DNA of 55,950 bases, the filler included, from Platydemus manokwari (taxonomy: Eukaryota), in assembly GCA_037951405.1 (NCBI GenBank). It is 4 parts of 4 records of this genome, joined end to end, with 100 filler letters (N's around TTAATTAATTAA, not from the genome) between each part and the next. Parts side by side here need not be neighbours in the genome. Positions count along the whole stretch, not along the records: positions 22,550 to 46,014 come from JBBMOY010888865.1; 3 more parts are not named here. The stretch is one strand, 5' to 3'. The notes below the pieces were generated by a model. It searched no databases and had not been told where the DNA came from. It worked only from the letters and a program-made list of their open reading frames with translations. Below are positions 25,315 through 39,666 of this stretch, piece by piece. Position numbers and translations under genes: made by a program. The first letter of the stretch is position 1, and the number at the start of each line of letters is the position of its first letter.

Positions 25315-28300
25315 ATCATTAAATTATTTCAAAATTATATAATAAAATATAGTTACAATTTTATTTCATTTTAACAAAATTTCTTTAAGTTAAGAATTTT
25401 AATTAGAATATTAATTTAATTTGTGATAATTTTTCACTTAAAATTTAATTAAATTTGAATATTCTTTTAAAAATTATATTCAGAAGATTTTAAACTAATT
25501 TTACGATATACTTCTTCTATAGCAGAAAATGTAGCAGGTTCTTTTTATGTGAAATAAAATTTTGCAAATAAATAACAAAGAAAGCATATTTTGATTTTTA
25601 AAAATAATAAATCTAATCAATGATTAAAAATTAAAAATTCTTCGATGTCCTTTATCCTGCTAGAGTTTCTTAATGACAACGTTGTCCCAATGTTAGATTA
25701 GCGTCCGTTAAAAATTTTCTAAATGTTCATATATTATTCTACTGGACAATCGGGTGAACACAAAATTAGATACAATAAATTTTGGATTACTTTCTAATAT
25801 AAAATTTGACATGCTGAAACTTGGCTTTATTTATTTTATAGGGATTCTTTATTTGATGACACTATTCAATGATAATGTGATAAGTGAATTCGGAATATTA
25901 ACTAGTTTTCTGAAAAAATATTTTGAATATAATGCAATTTTTGATTTATTTACAATAATTTTAACACATCTTCAATAAATATAGACCCAGGAGCGATTTT
26001 GTTAATTTAAATTTTCAATCTTAGGGATTAATTTCTCTCATTAATATCACTCACAGGTTTCTTCCATTCTGTAGCACATTTTTTGCAATTAAATAAATTG
26101 TTAACAATTTCATCGATTTAATTAACTTTATCAATGCTGTTGAGGTCATCTTTGTCTAGATGGATAACAACAATTACATAGAATCTCTAATTAACCAGTT
26201 ATAGTTATGGGCACTTTTCACTTTTCATCGATATTGTTTTTATATATTTCGAATATGATTCTTTTTTCTTTGTTATTGATTCAATAAATAAAATTTATTC
26301 AGAAAATGGAGCGGTACGCCCGAAAGGTTTGGGAATTGCTTCTCTATTCATAATATTAAGTTTAGAACTACTCTAACTTAACCGCTCAGTCTTGTTCTCT
26401 TAATCTGACTCATATTCAAAATCCGGTGCACACTACCTAAAAACTACTTTCTGAATAAGTTATATTTATATAACAATTTACACCTCAAAATAACACTGAT
26501 GGAACACCAGTCCCTATAAAGTTATGTTAATAAGACTAGGACTAAGTCCCGACATTCCTGATGAATATCCTAGCTCAGAATCCACTCCTGCCTAATATTG
26601 CTCAATATTGCTTTACAGCTAATACCAAATCAAAATACTTCTACACTACTTTTAATTCCGTACAACTACACTTGTTGCAGGGCATGCTATCATAACAAAA
26701 AAAATTTCTTTTTGATCTAAAATTGAATTTTAAGCAACAATTTCTTTAAATTATAATTAAAAATGAATTTTTATATTAAATTATGCACGAAAATACATAA
26801 TATTAAAATTGGGTCACAGGACCCTTTTTCTAAACTTAAGCCCATTATAATTTATAAAAATTCGCAGAATTTCTAAAATAATAGAATTAATAAAGCATTG
26901 TTATTAAAATAAATAAAATTAATTTTTGGGAAATTAACGCAATTCTAATTTTGAAGTGGAAAAATAAAAATATTTTAAAATTCTTATTTAAAATTTCCAC
27001 TTCTAAAATGGTATAAATTGACTGCGAAAATTATAATTTTTCTCTCCTAAAAAATCTAGAATCAAATTCTGAGCAAAGTAGGCAAAGTAAAACTTAAATT
27101 TGAAAAGAGTGAAAACTTCTGCGAGGATAAAACTAAAATATAATAATCTAAAAAGCTGCCGTTCGTTATTAGAATTTCAAGAAGGAGAACTAACCGACTA
27201 CGAAAGAACCAGAAAAAGCGTCTGCGAGAAAATTGGCAGTATTGGATTCTGCATAGAAATGGAAACAACCAACAAGTACGAAAGTTGAAATTTGTCTGAA
27301 ATATTCTAAAATCTATATTTAAATTATTTTTTATAAAGGTCGATTTGTTAAATTCGAGTCAACCAGCCCCAACCATAAACTATGTCAGTTAACATAATTT
27401 TGTTGAAAGAAAATTAAATTGTTTGTTGCTCCGATAATTGTTTAAAATAATTTTTTGTAATTTGCAATAAAATCACTTTGGTGACTTGTAACTGTTTTTC
27501 ATTGATCATATTGTAATTGTGTTTCATTTGTCGGGATAATAGTGAGCATTAAAACCTCACAAAATTGTAACAGAGTTTGTGAGTCTAAAATCATTACTTC
27601 CTTAGTTTATATACCGCAGTTGGGCGCCACTTAGATCCCTGCGGTGGTTGTTAATTATTGATAAATCTTCAGGGTACAAAAGCTTACTCCTTCTAACTTA
27701 CAGCATAATACATTTGATAATATTTATTATAATAAAGTATTTGTTATTACATCATTGTTGTTCTTATTAATATTTATATAACTCATTCACACGCAACCTA
27801 TTAATCTGTGAAGTTTCAGATATTGGTGGAAACATCAATCTTTAGCTCACAGCACCTCATCTTAATACATAGTCAATTATCGATTGAAAAATCGTTGATT
27901 CACTATTAAATATTCACCAAAAAGTTTCCATCAAATTGTTGAATAGCGAATTATTCATTCAAACTTTTTGACTTCTGATTTATTGGGTTATTATTTGATA
28001 AAAGGAAATTATATAATAGATAGTTGTTGTTTAATTTAAACAGACTGATAGGCTAGTTTGATTTTATATCAGATTAACCTCACCGAACTCAATCCAACAA
28101 ATTTATCTCTGACAAAAAAGAAGTCATAAGAGAATTGTGAGTGATTTCAATCTTTGCGATTTTAATCTAACCAACGAAGGATTATCTATGATAGGTACTG
28201 GAATAGGTACGGATTGGATGAGAAGGAAAAATCATTTAGGCTGCGGAAATTTTTTTGGGAATAGCACGGAACTAACGGAAATAATTTCTGAATTTTTCTT

Positions 28301-29407
28301 CGAGGATGGTTCTCGGTTTCTGACATTTGCAATAAGCATAATAAATATGTAATTGGTAAAACTTGTTGTTTTGTTATTCTCCTTAAAATAGAGTAACATC
28401 ATTTCTTTGTTAAGATTTGTGCTTGACATGCAGTACTCAATGATCGTGAAAAATTCGAAATAAACATTTAATTTCTTTTTTCAGTCTTTTTTAAAGGTAT
28501 AAGAAAGCAACCTGTTTTCTTTCATTTGAGTTGATGAGCTTAATTTGACTTTGCTTCTTGAATCATAAAGTAATACCTATATCTTGATCCATTGTTGAAC
28601 AAGGCCCAATTATAAATTTTGTCGATTTATATATGAAATCAGATTTCTGGAGTCCACATGCATTTCTTAATTGCTTGAGCTTTATATTAAAAATTTTAAT
28701 TTTGTGTAACTCATCAATTTTTATTTACTGTAATATAATAATGTAAATAAAAATGTTAATATAATTCGATACAAATTGTATTTGGTTTTGTGGCTGTGAA
28801 TTTTTATAAGAATTTTACATGGTATGTAGAAAATATCGTAAAAATTTATCTATAAATAAAAATATTTCAGATGATTATAGATAATTTGAAATAAATAAAA
28901 ATAACAGCTAAAAAATATCTGAGGTCTCATGTATGAAAATAACAACAAAAATAACAAAATTTTTTAATTTATTTCCAAGAATAAGGATAAACCATAAAAA
29001 ATCTAGTTAAAAATGTTATCATTAAACAATCTGTATAAACCTAAATAAATAAATGTTTATAAATAAAAGATATAAATAAAACGAATTTTTATAATTTTTA
29101 TAATAAGTACCGAAGAAATAAAATAAACAGGTTTTCATATGATTAGAACTAAAAGTCATAACTAAACCGATTATCAAGTACAAAAAGTTTCCATTCAAAA
29201 TAATAATTTATTTAATTCTAAAAGATTTTTCACTTAACTTCAAAAAAATTTAATTTAACAAAAAATTGCTAATGTAAAAGAAAATAATCCTCATTATTCT
29301 TTATCGAAAAACTCACGAAAAGTTAAAAATTATAAAATGAAATATAATTGTTTAAACTAAATAAAGACTTGCAATAATATCAATTTATAACAGACCAAGT
29401 TTTAAAA

Positions 29408-31337
29408 ATGTCCTTCGCTTCAACTGTCAAACTTTTTCACAAATTGACAACCACCAAATGCTATAATAGAGTACTGATAGGTGCTGTTATTACAGCAGCC
29501 ACTTCCGATCTATTACGAATTAAAGTACATATTACTGAAGATAAATGCAATGAAGCGAAATTAATGGATAGTGGTTATATAGTGAGTATGTTCGATATGG
29601 TGACTTCATTTGACCTTATTAGACAAGGCTATCTAAATGGAGTTAGTTTGGATTTATCTGTTCAGTAAGTTTGATCATTAACTATCAAATAATATTTTTG
29701 GAGTTTTTTAATTTTAATCTCCAATTACGGTCCAAGTAATATTTTAATACAATTTATATTGGCTTTCATGTCAGTTCATGAAAGTATGACTTCAATATTA
29801 TATTAAAAAAACTTCACAGTAAGATTAAAACAAATAATAACACAAGATGATCTTATCAAGCTAATTTTATCTCTTTAAAATCATTTTTAAATATTTAAAA
29901 CTTTATTATAGAAGAGATGTGTGTGGAAGAAATAAAAGATTAGAGATATGTTGAAAAGAAAAGGCAGAACTTTAGAGTTCTCTCAATCAAATATTTTCTC
30001 ATTAAAATTAAAATTTCAAATACGAAGGGTAATTGTGTTTGACAGCACTTTCACAGGGATGACAGTGATGAGAAATATTTCCCTCCTAAACTGATTGAGT
30101 CGAACTATCTGACGAAATGTTCGCTGAACCTGCGAGGAATGTAAACCAATAAAACAATGCAAATTTGTGAAAGAAAACTCTAATTTTACCGTGTATATTC
30201 CCAGGGAGCTATTTTATATTGAGATATAAGATTTTGTTTTATTGTTAGTGCATTATTAAAAGGCTAGTACGAGATCTTAGCTGATAGTGATGAGAAAAAA
30301 ATATTTATCGATGAACTACTTGTAAGGATTGACCAAGTTTCAGTCAGCAAATCATAACAATTACACGGGGCATCTGTTACCAGTAAAGATTACTTATTAA
30401 TAACAGTGTAATTGTGGGGTTGAACTCAACAATTTTAAAGTAAACATTCTGGAATATCATTCAGAATTTACTTTTCATACCACTAATGATATTAAAAATA
30501 ATAATTTTTAAATTGGACAAAAACCTGAAATACCACTTGAGATATATTTAAAGGTAACCAATTAAATCGATATAGTTAGCCAGAACAACACTGCTTATGA
30601 ATTTTATACAATCGATAATTTGTAGAAGAATATTACCTACTATTCCTCCTACTTCTTATATCAATAGTCATTCAAGGTTTCTATCATGTACTATTTGATA
30701 AAATCATTTTTATTCGAGCAAGCTGAAACTTGTTGTTTGAATTGATTGCTTGGTTAATTTTCTCTGATCAGTACTGCAAATGATCATGCTGACGGAAAAG
30801 TTAAAAGCTGTATTTCTGTTTGTATGGCATAGTGTCCTTGATGAAGCTATTGACCTTAAAATTCGTTAAAAGAAAATATATGCCAATCAAGTATTGAAAT
30901 GATAACCTTAACTGTTGAAATATGCACGATTTTTAAAATCTTTTATGCACTGAGAGAGTAGTCTGATATTAATTACAATGGATCTTTTTCTATTTGTGTT
31001 TATAAAAGTACTTTAAAATAGCACATTTCGTAACTTATTAGTGTGACGAATTGCTAAACATATTATGTTTTGTATAAACTTTTGTGAATTTATTGATTAA
31101 TTACCTTTTCACTTATTTATTTATAATGAATATATTTTTCAATAATCAAATCATTTTATAATCAACTTATTATTATTGCATAGGTACATCAATCCATGTG
31201 CAATGAATTCAACTGTTTTATTTGATTCTAAAATAATAAAGATTGGCAAGAAATTGGTGTTTACTGAGATTGATGTTAAGGATGAAACGTCTGAGAAACT
31301 TTTAGCAAAAGGAACACAAATACACTATTTATATTAA
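29408..31337 (+). CDS. ACOT13: ACOT13/THEM2-like hotdog-fold thioesterase, divergent paralog (HGG motif replaced by DSG)
   Basis: Exons 29408-29664 and 31184-31337 (phase 2) form an intact ORF colinear with the copy at 35143. Key segments: CNEAKLMDSGYIVSMFDMVTS...GVSLDLSVQYINP...KIGKKLVFTEIDV...KLLAKGTQ. Confidence 0.85.
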
Positions 31338-32882
31338 CTCTTTTTTTATCATTGATATTTATGAAATATGGTTTTGATCAAAATAATAACCACCGATTGA
31401 TTTATTTGACATCAACTAAAAGAAGTACATTTCTTGGTGACAAGTCTATGAATTAATTAGAATTTATTAGCATATTGATTTTTTACTGTACATGTTCAAC
31501 TAGCACAATTTTTCATTAATATCTATTAATAATTAGTTGAATGAGAAAAATCGATTAACTATGGATATACAGTAGTGTCTAGCGAGAATTGGAATTTTTT
31601 AATAAACTAAGTTGCTTGTATAAATATAGGTATGAATGCAAATAGGCAATATTAAATTTATTTGATTTTAAGTTTACACTGAGCCTATAAGGCTAAAGTA
31701 CCAAGTATGGATAAAATTTTCCCGAAAAGTTAGCTACAGAATATCAAATGGATCGATTTCTTCGACAAAATAAAATGAAACATGTTCTCATAATTTAATT
31801 TTGTATCTGTAATGTGTCTAGAGTAACTAGTGTTACTCGTTTATATACTGTTTTAATTTTGATCATCTGCGTGTGTTTTGAGTCATATCGATATTTTCAT
31901 TAACACTCTATGCTTAGTATCATGTGTTACTATTTTAGTATCTATTATGTACGAATTACTATTTTTAGTCAACGTTTTTATTTTTAGAAACTTTGTTGTT
32001 ATTCTATTTTTGGACATGATATGTCTTTTATTTTTAGATTTTTGTTGAATTTTGCTGACATTGAAATCAGTGAAACAATTGATGGGATTAAACAAATTTT
32101 TAAAAATGTATTTCTTTATTTTTTGTAGAAAAATTTTAATTTTGTTTTTATTTTATATAGGAATTTTTATATTTATTATTTGTGTTTATTTGATTGCTGA
32201 AGTGACTCTAACGGTTCCCCATACCACTTTTAGTCTTCTTATTTAACAAATTAATAAGATAATAGATATTATCACATTAGTTGTGGGTTACTTACTAAAC
32301 AAAACCGCATAGATAATAAATTACTGATTTGAACTAAATTAAATCACGTAATAACTATGAATATTTCAGCAAGTGAAAATGTTATAAAAGTAAATTAGTA
32401 AAGTTCTGTTAAGAAAACTTCTTAATAAAATTTGAGTCAAATACTAATGTAGAATATGTTCTCTATAAATATTTTTCCTTTTTAAAATTTCATTATTTTT
32501 TATAATTATGTTGTATTTTTTGAGCTAATGGTTCTTTGTCATACAATTTTGTATTATAATTTTTGTATCTTTTTCTTTTGGATTTTAAAAAATTTTAAAA
32601 TATCTTGTTTTTCGCGAATATTCCAAATCTTGAACAATTACCATTTCCTTTTCATAATATGTTTAACTGTAACTCTTTCAAATTTTTCACTGAATACAGG
32701 ATTAGGAATGTCATCCATTCTAGGTACCATTTTAACATTGGTAACATGTCTATCTTGTAAATATTTTGAAATATAATCAACATCATATTTCATTCCAATT
32801 ACAACATTTTGATTCATATCAGTCTTTTGGAATTATTAGATTATTAGATGGATTTGTCAACGTGTGATTTCCAAGAGTTAAT

Positions 32883-34802
32883 TGTAAGAGTTAGATGAAA
32901 ATGAGTTTTGTTTTAAAAAAGGAAGAAACGCGTATGATTTTTAAATAAATAAATTTTATAAAATGGAAGCAGCTGATGTTTATACTGGCGACCACGCCGA
33001 AATTAACGCTGTTACTAGAGCCAAAAGAGAAGAAAAGGTATAAAATATTTGCGAATCTACCTCAAAAAACCAGGAGTTATGGATCCTAAAACCGTCATTC
33101 TTCGATTCATCAATCCAAGATGCTGAGAAATGGTTTCAAACAACTAAAGATTTTGCTACATTTTATCAAATGGAACTATCCTTTGCATTTGATATGCTGT
33201 TAAGAGATGAATTTTACTGTAAGCTTTTATAAATAATTCTAATTTGAAATAATCAGTTTAATGAGCAAAAAACGATTGTTTCAATGGTTTATTTTTCCTA
33301 TTTATCTCAATTCTTTTATTTATTATTTAATTTCTATTTTCATTATCTATTTTCTAATTTTATTTTTAATCTATTTTTAGATTTATTAATTATTAATATC
33401 AATTTTTGGACTCCGGTTCCTCATCTCATCTTTTTAAAATTTTATTTATTCTATTTTTACGTTATTAATAATTTTTCTCCTGTTATTATGTTTATAATAA
33501 AAAAGTTCTCGTTATAATTATTAATACTGACTTGTGATTCTTTTGTACCTACCATAAAAATAATTGATTTTGAATTGTAATCCAAGACAAACTTAATTTG
33601 ATAATAAATAATAAAGATTTGATAACTTATTATCATTATCCTAAAAATAAACAAGCTATCAATAATTGTGTGTAAAAATTCCAACCATAAGCTTACATTA
33701 AGATTGTTTACATTAATAAATAGTTTACTTTTCAGATTTACTAAAATTCGAGACTTGGCCTTAAAACTATAAACAAAACCCTCATTGACAAAGAAACCAA
33801 GAGAAATTGCCAAATCATTGCAATAATTAAAGATATTGTCACTGATTACTACAGTGGTAAATTACTTGTTATAGTAAAACGAAATCAAACGCATAGACAA
33901 GTAAAATATTATATATAGTGTTATTATAAAATGACAACCTTTGTAGATTTTGAAATGGAAATATCTTGAATTAAGCTTTTATTTGAAAGTGTAAATAACT
34001 GGAGTAATTTCTCTTTATTTTGTTAATTCGCAATTACAACTAATATTATATATTATCGTTACCAACGCAGTACTAATTGTTTCGATGATATACAAGGTAT
34101 CTGTAACATGATTACATAGAGATTGTGAGGTAAAATTAAAGAAACTTCAATAAATAATCATAATCCAAAAAAGCAGGTAATGATAGAGACAAAAACTTGA
34201 TACAACTGCAACAAACCAGATCATATATCAAGGAATTGTAATATCCGACGGTTGTAACGTGTTGTACCTACCATGAAAGTGGTCACGTGCACAGAAATTT
34301 AAACAGATGTAATAGATGTCAATATCGGTGACATCACGAAAAAGATAGTTACACCAATTTGGAAAATTATACAGGCCACAAACAGGAAAATCAAGAACGC
34401 ACTCAATGGAGACAGGTTAGGGTGTTGGAGTTCTACTAACAAGGAGGGAAACTACAAATAAGGATTCAACAATGTTGTGAAGACGCTGAATTACATGAAT
34501 GGAGGACGAGTTGCGAAAGTAAACCAAGAAACTGTAAAATTAGATAATGAAAACTGCATTGAGTAACAAAATTCCAAAGCTCTGACTTCAGAAGAGTGGG
34601 TTAGAAGTTATAGGAGAGAACCACAATTACAAAATTAAAATGGTATAGTGATAAGAAGGAATATGTAGACAATTTAAAAAATTTAAAAATGGGGGTATGA
34701 GGAAAATTTGATGAAACTTCTATAATAATTTTAATAATAATTTTATATCGTGACTTTCAGTTTGCTTGTAATGTGTGCTTTATTAAATAAAAGCGGCTTG
34801 TA
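32883..34802 (+). mobile_element. Degenerate LTR retroelement with gag remnant (three CCHC knuckles) and no visible pol; LTR related to those at 14700 and 16546
   Basis: PBS TGGCGACCACGC at 32986. Gag-like KPSFFDSSIQDAEKWFQTTKDFATFY at ~33090. Decayed knuckles *YNCNKPDHISRNC, CCTYHESGHVHRN and CNRCQYR*HHEKDSY at 34198-34350. PPT aaaatggggg (34686-34695), then an LTR containing tcgtgacttt..agtt...aaataaaagcggcttgta. The 5' boundary is approximate. Confidence 0.7.
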
Positions 34803-35142
34803 GAGATTATTTCTACTTATTCGTACTGTGAAATCAAAATTATTATTTCTTACATATAGATGTAAAAATTTCAAGTCAAATTTCACTTGATTAAATTTAT
34901 TTTATTTTTTTTATCTACAGATTTCCCAATACCAAACTGATTCAGATTTTTATTTAAATTATAAAGTCAACAACTTCAAAAATTCTTGATATATTTTTGT
35001 ATAAGGTAATTTAGTTTAAAGGAATTTAATTCTAATTAAATTAAATTATAATTTTAAGACACTTTAAACTAACTACATTAGCATAAAATTTATTTTCATA
35101 ATTTAAAATAACTCGTAATTTTTTCAAACGATATCATATTAA

Positions 35143-36362
35143 ATGGCTGCATCTTCTGCAGTCAAAATTCTTCAACATTTCACGAAAATCAGTGGCTTTG
35201 CTAAAATAGCAACATCTGCGGTTGTTACACAAGAGACTTCTGACTTGCTTCAAGTTAAAGTACACGTAACTGAAGATATTTGCAACGGACTGAACACGTT
35301 GCATGGTGGTTATACAGCAAGTATGGTTGATATTTTGTCAACAGTTGACCTTGTAAGGCAAGGCCATTCGCCGGGAGTTAGCGTTGATTTATCTGTTCAG
35401 TAAGTTTAGTATGTATAATTTTAACTTATTTAAAAAGTTTTACCTATTTGTTGATTACTATATATTGATTACCATGTAATTATGCCATAAAGTCATCATT
35501 TGTTTTGGGGTATAAAGAATCTATATATATCGTAAATCATCTATGTCATGATTGTTGTTTGTTAAACCTAAACTTTTTAATATTATCTTAAGATCACAAT
35601 CGTTATACTTGTTTATGATTTTTGATTTTTAAAATTTTCTTGTAGAATTCATTTGATTTATTGTTGATAAAATGTGATAAAAGTAAATTATACGAGAGTG
35701 TTTTTTGTATTTAGCGATCAAATAAAATAGTCCATCTGGTTTTATTTATTTACTTTAAAAGTTCACTGTTTTGTACCAAGTTGATTTGTAATGATATTTC
35801 TGTTATCACCTACTACTTATTAAATGGAATTATTTGTGTTAATGGTTTATTATTGATTGATTGATTTTTTATTATTTAAAATATATTTTGTTCTTTTATG
35901 AACTGATTTGATTTTAGCATGTAATTATTAATGTTGTTCATCAAAATTTTCACATCCACCTTTCCACCAAGGGTATCTGTAATGATGTTGGATTGTAGTT
36001 ATATTATTCTAGTGTAAATTGTTTTGTTTTTACAAAATTTGTTTATAATAAATATGAAATCTTTTCGAATTTTTTTTGATAAACCGTTAACAAAGCTTTA
36101 TCAGCCATCCAAAGATATCAGAGAACTATCATACAAGTTGATATCTGATTTTGTGATCTGTACTTTGTGTTTCATATCTTGGTTTATATTGATGAAATTA
36201 ATGTTTAGGTATCTCAATGCCGGTATGATGGATTCGACAGTGTTGTTTGAATCAAGATTAACAAAAGTCGGAAAGAAATTAGCCTTTTGTGAGGTTGATG
36301 TTAGAGATCAAGAGTCTAAGAAGCTATTAGCTAGAGGAAAACATGTGAAATTCCTGTTGTAA
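35143..36362 (+). CDS. ACOT13: Acyl-CoA thioesterase 13 (THEM2), canonical motifs
   Basis: Exons 35143-35399 and 36209-36362. CNGLNTLHGGYTASMVDILST, PGVSVDLSVQYL, KVGKKLAF and LLARGKHVKF match the ACOT13 N..TLHGG..A..VD, GVSVD and GRHTK motifs. Confidence 0.92.
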
Positions 36363-39300
36363 TAGTTTAGTGAAAATTTAAAAAATTTTGCATTTGTTTT
36401 GTTTTTTCTGTGATTTTAAATTGATTTTCTACAAGATTTTTCAAAACTTTTATTTAACCTTATTCCATGTGTGGAGAAAATATATTTTAATTATTGGAAA
36501 GAAAATATAGTGATGTTTGAAATATAATTCAATACTATAAACTGGTTTGTCCGCCCTGGGATTCAAAACAGTCATATAAAAGTGCATTTGTTGTAAAATA
36601 TACTTATTAATGTGTTGTAGTAGTAACATATATAAAAATGATTATTAATCCAACAGCTTAATGTCAGGTGTCTTCCATTACATTTTCCCATTCAAATCCC
36701 AGAAAGGTACGTTTGAGTTTTATTTGACTGAACGTGAATGCTGAATGGTAACTATTCTTGAATTTTACTAAGCTGGTATAGAAAATATTCATTAAAATCT
36801 GTGTGGCATGTGAATAAGTTGTTGTAAAAATAACGGTGTATATTGTTGCACGTTATTATTGGGTTAAATATTTATTTTACAAAAAAAATTGAAGAAAAAT
36901 TTTAGAAAAAATTAATTTTAATATATTTATAATAAATATTTACAAAATTGGTTTCAAAAGCATCTAAATATATCTATCTTAACATGGGTTATGTATAAGT
37001 CTAGTATGAATTCATAATAATCTTTATTAGTACAAGAAAGCAAGGGAATTAAACTAAGATTGAATAAAATTTTCCACACATATATATTAGCGTTTCTCAT
37101 TTGGATTAGGTGATAGCATAATACATCGATCATAAGGAATTGATGAAAGAACATTTTTCTATAAATTTTAGGAAGAAGAATTTGACACTCAATAGAAATT
37201 GAAGAATGTCCACAAACGGTTTCATTCTATTTTGATTGACCGATAAATTTAACCGGATAAATAAAAAATTTTAAACTCTTTTTTCATTAATAATCTTATC
37301 TAATGTCAGTTTATTGATTTTCGATATATGTATTCCAAAAAATATGGTATTCTCTTATGCTAATTTTATTTGGCGACTTCTTAAGTTATCTCCACACACG
37401 TATAATAATCACTTTATTTTCATTAGTCTTGAAATAAATTAAAGTTGGAAAACTTAATGTAAATCAATAATTATAAAAGGATTCAAAATATTTCTAAAAT
37501 ATTCATTAAATGCAAATATAAACTTATGGGATCAAAAATATACAATCAATAAAAACATGAAGTAAACTAAGCATCTATCGATTTTCCGAAACTCATTTAA
37601 AATTGTAATGAAAGAAAATCATGCGAATTAGGATCAATTTGTTGAGGATCAATATGATAAAATGCCCCAAATGATTCATAACGGCAACATTGATGATTTA
37701 TTATATATAGGTATATGCCTAATTTTTATCGTGTAATGAATTTGGTATTAGTAATGATTCATTTTTATGATTTTTATCAACATATTCCATAATTTACAGT
37801 ACTCGTATTGATGTTAACTAGATTCAACACTAACTTAAGAAGACTGCAATTTTTTGAATCTGTTGTAACTTGTTCAAGTGTGTATCATTGAAGCAACAAT
37901 AAGATTGTGCCCATCATTAAACATGATCAATATCAACAACGCGTTTTATTGCTGACCTTAAAACTAGCATTCATATTAATTGCATCGCAGATTTCAATTT
38001 AACGCGCTATTTAAATGTTTATTCAATATAGGAAATTTATCTTTAAGTATATTAAGAAGAATGCATCAGAGTTTGAATACGAAAGCAGTCAATTTTGTTG
38101 TCTCCTTTTTTTGCAAAACTAAAACTAATGTTGAAGACCCACTTTATTATTGTTCAACATATATCAATTTTAAAATCCATTTTGGACGAAAAAATTATAA
38201 ACTGTTTTCAATACAAAAAGTTCGATTATAAAGAATTCTTTACCGATTATAATTTCCAAAAAAACATTTCAAAAGCTTATTCAATAAATATTTCATAATC
38301 ATTTAATTGCGAAGATCAATCCTCTGTTATTTTTGGACGACTTTTAGGACAATTGACTGTATTGATATACTTGTTTTTCATTTTTGTACTTTATACTGCT
38401 ATAAATAATTTTTATTGTCTTTTTTATCTATATATAGAATTATTATTATTTTGAATTTTGTGTTTTATTATTATTACTATTACTATTTATCATTATACAG
38501 TTCAAGCCATTTTTATTTTTGACCAAAATATTTTTATACAAATTAAATTTTAAAATTTCCAGAATTTAAATAAATCTCCATCTGTTTTCTGTATCTAAAT
38601 GAATCGACGTCACTCTATTTTTGCAAAGGTAACTGATACTCGGCCTTTAAACAGCATTGGTTGCAGTGTTGATCTACAGTAAATAGTACACTTCTTGTGT
38701 CTACAAATTTTATATCGTTACAATTTCATAAATTTATTATAATCAATATGATGTGTCTCGGGTTTGTCTGTTTATTTTATTTATTAGTCTCAAATTTTAT
38801 TCCTATTTTGTGGTGAACCAATGTTGTCTTATCAGCCTCACGTGGTTCTAACCAAACCCAAGGTACAATTCTAAACCTTATTGTTTTCTTTATTCGCCTC
38901 GCGTATTGAAAGCAATGAAGCTTCTGCACAAGAAATAGGCCTCCAAGAAGGACAACTTTGAAAATAGGAAATAATTTACCCCAGATAACATCGATTGGAA
39001 GGCGGAGACAGAATTGATTGTATGATTGAACTAGCAGACTGTGATTCATTATACTATCAAACGGAAAGAACGATGTATATCCTATATTTTAATGTATGGG
39101 TATCTCGATTATCAATGTTTATGAATAAATATTTGTAGTAATGCCATTTTAGGCTTTCATAAGAACCAAAAGTGTATAATAAAATATGTTATTCTGCTTA
39201 GTTATTTAAATCATTGAAAACATTTTAAATTATTCAAATTAAAAAATTACTTACACTTACATTTTAAATTAATCAAAATTAATTAAATTCTATTAATTTT

Positions 39301-39666
39301 AATATAATTTAATTTTAAAAATACTTTTTGAATAGTTTCAAAATTTTTAAATCAAACAATGTATCTCTTCAATTCTAATTATTTTTAAAATATTTTAATA
39401 ATTTAATTTTTATGGTAAACTAATTTTTATTGTGGTATTAGCAAATCAGCTTCAGTTTTTTTAAAAAAAAACAGGTAAGTCAAATTATCAATTAAATATC
39501 TTGTTATTGTTTGACTGCGTGACTAATTTAATATTTTATCATACTTACAAACTCTTAATGTGAGTTATGCTTAAAGATATAATAATAACTATTATTCAAT
39601 AATGATGATAATAATTATTAATATTTGAATACTAGTCGATATTTTGATATTTAATTTTGTTTTAGC

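Noticed and set aside
30065-30140. GTGATGA...CTGA...CTGACGA in the ACOT13 intron as a C/D snoRNA or hammerhead ribozyme
   Set aside because: No terminal stem or recognisable rRNA guide, and no stem II followed by GAAA for a hammerhead core.
885-38298. Numerous 60-120 aa F/I/L/N/K-rich ORFs in the track (e.g. 885, 5441, 18718, 25754, 32052, 32528, 33284, 33457, 37980)
   Set aside because: Their composition reflects AT-rich intronic or intergenic DNA; they lack motifs and splice support.
38777-39049. 90-aa minus-strand ORF upstream of TDRD12, and a PDZ-like GLQEG peptide on the plus strand
   Set aside because: No recognisable domain; the plus-strand frame hits stops at once, and no exon chain could be built.
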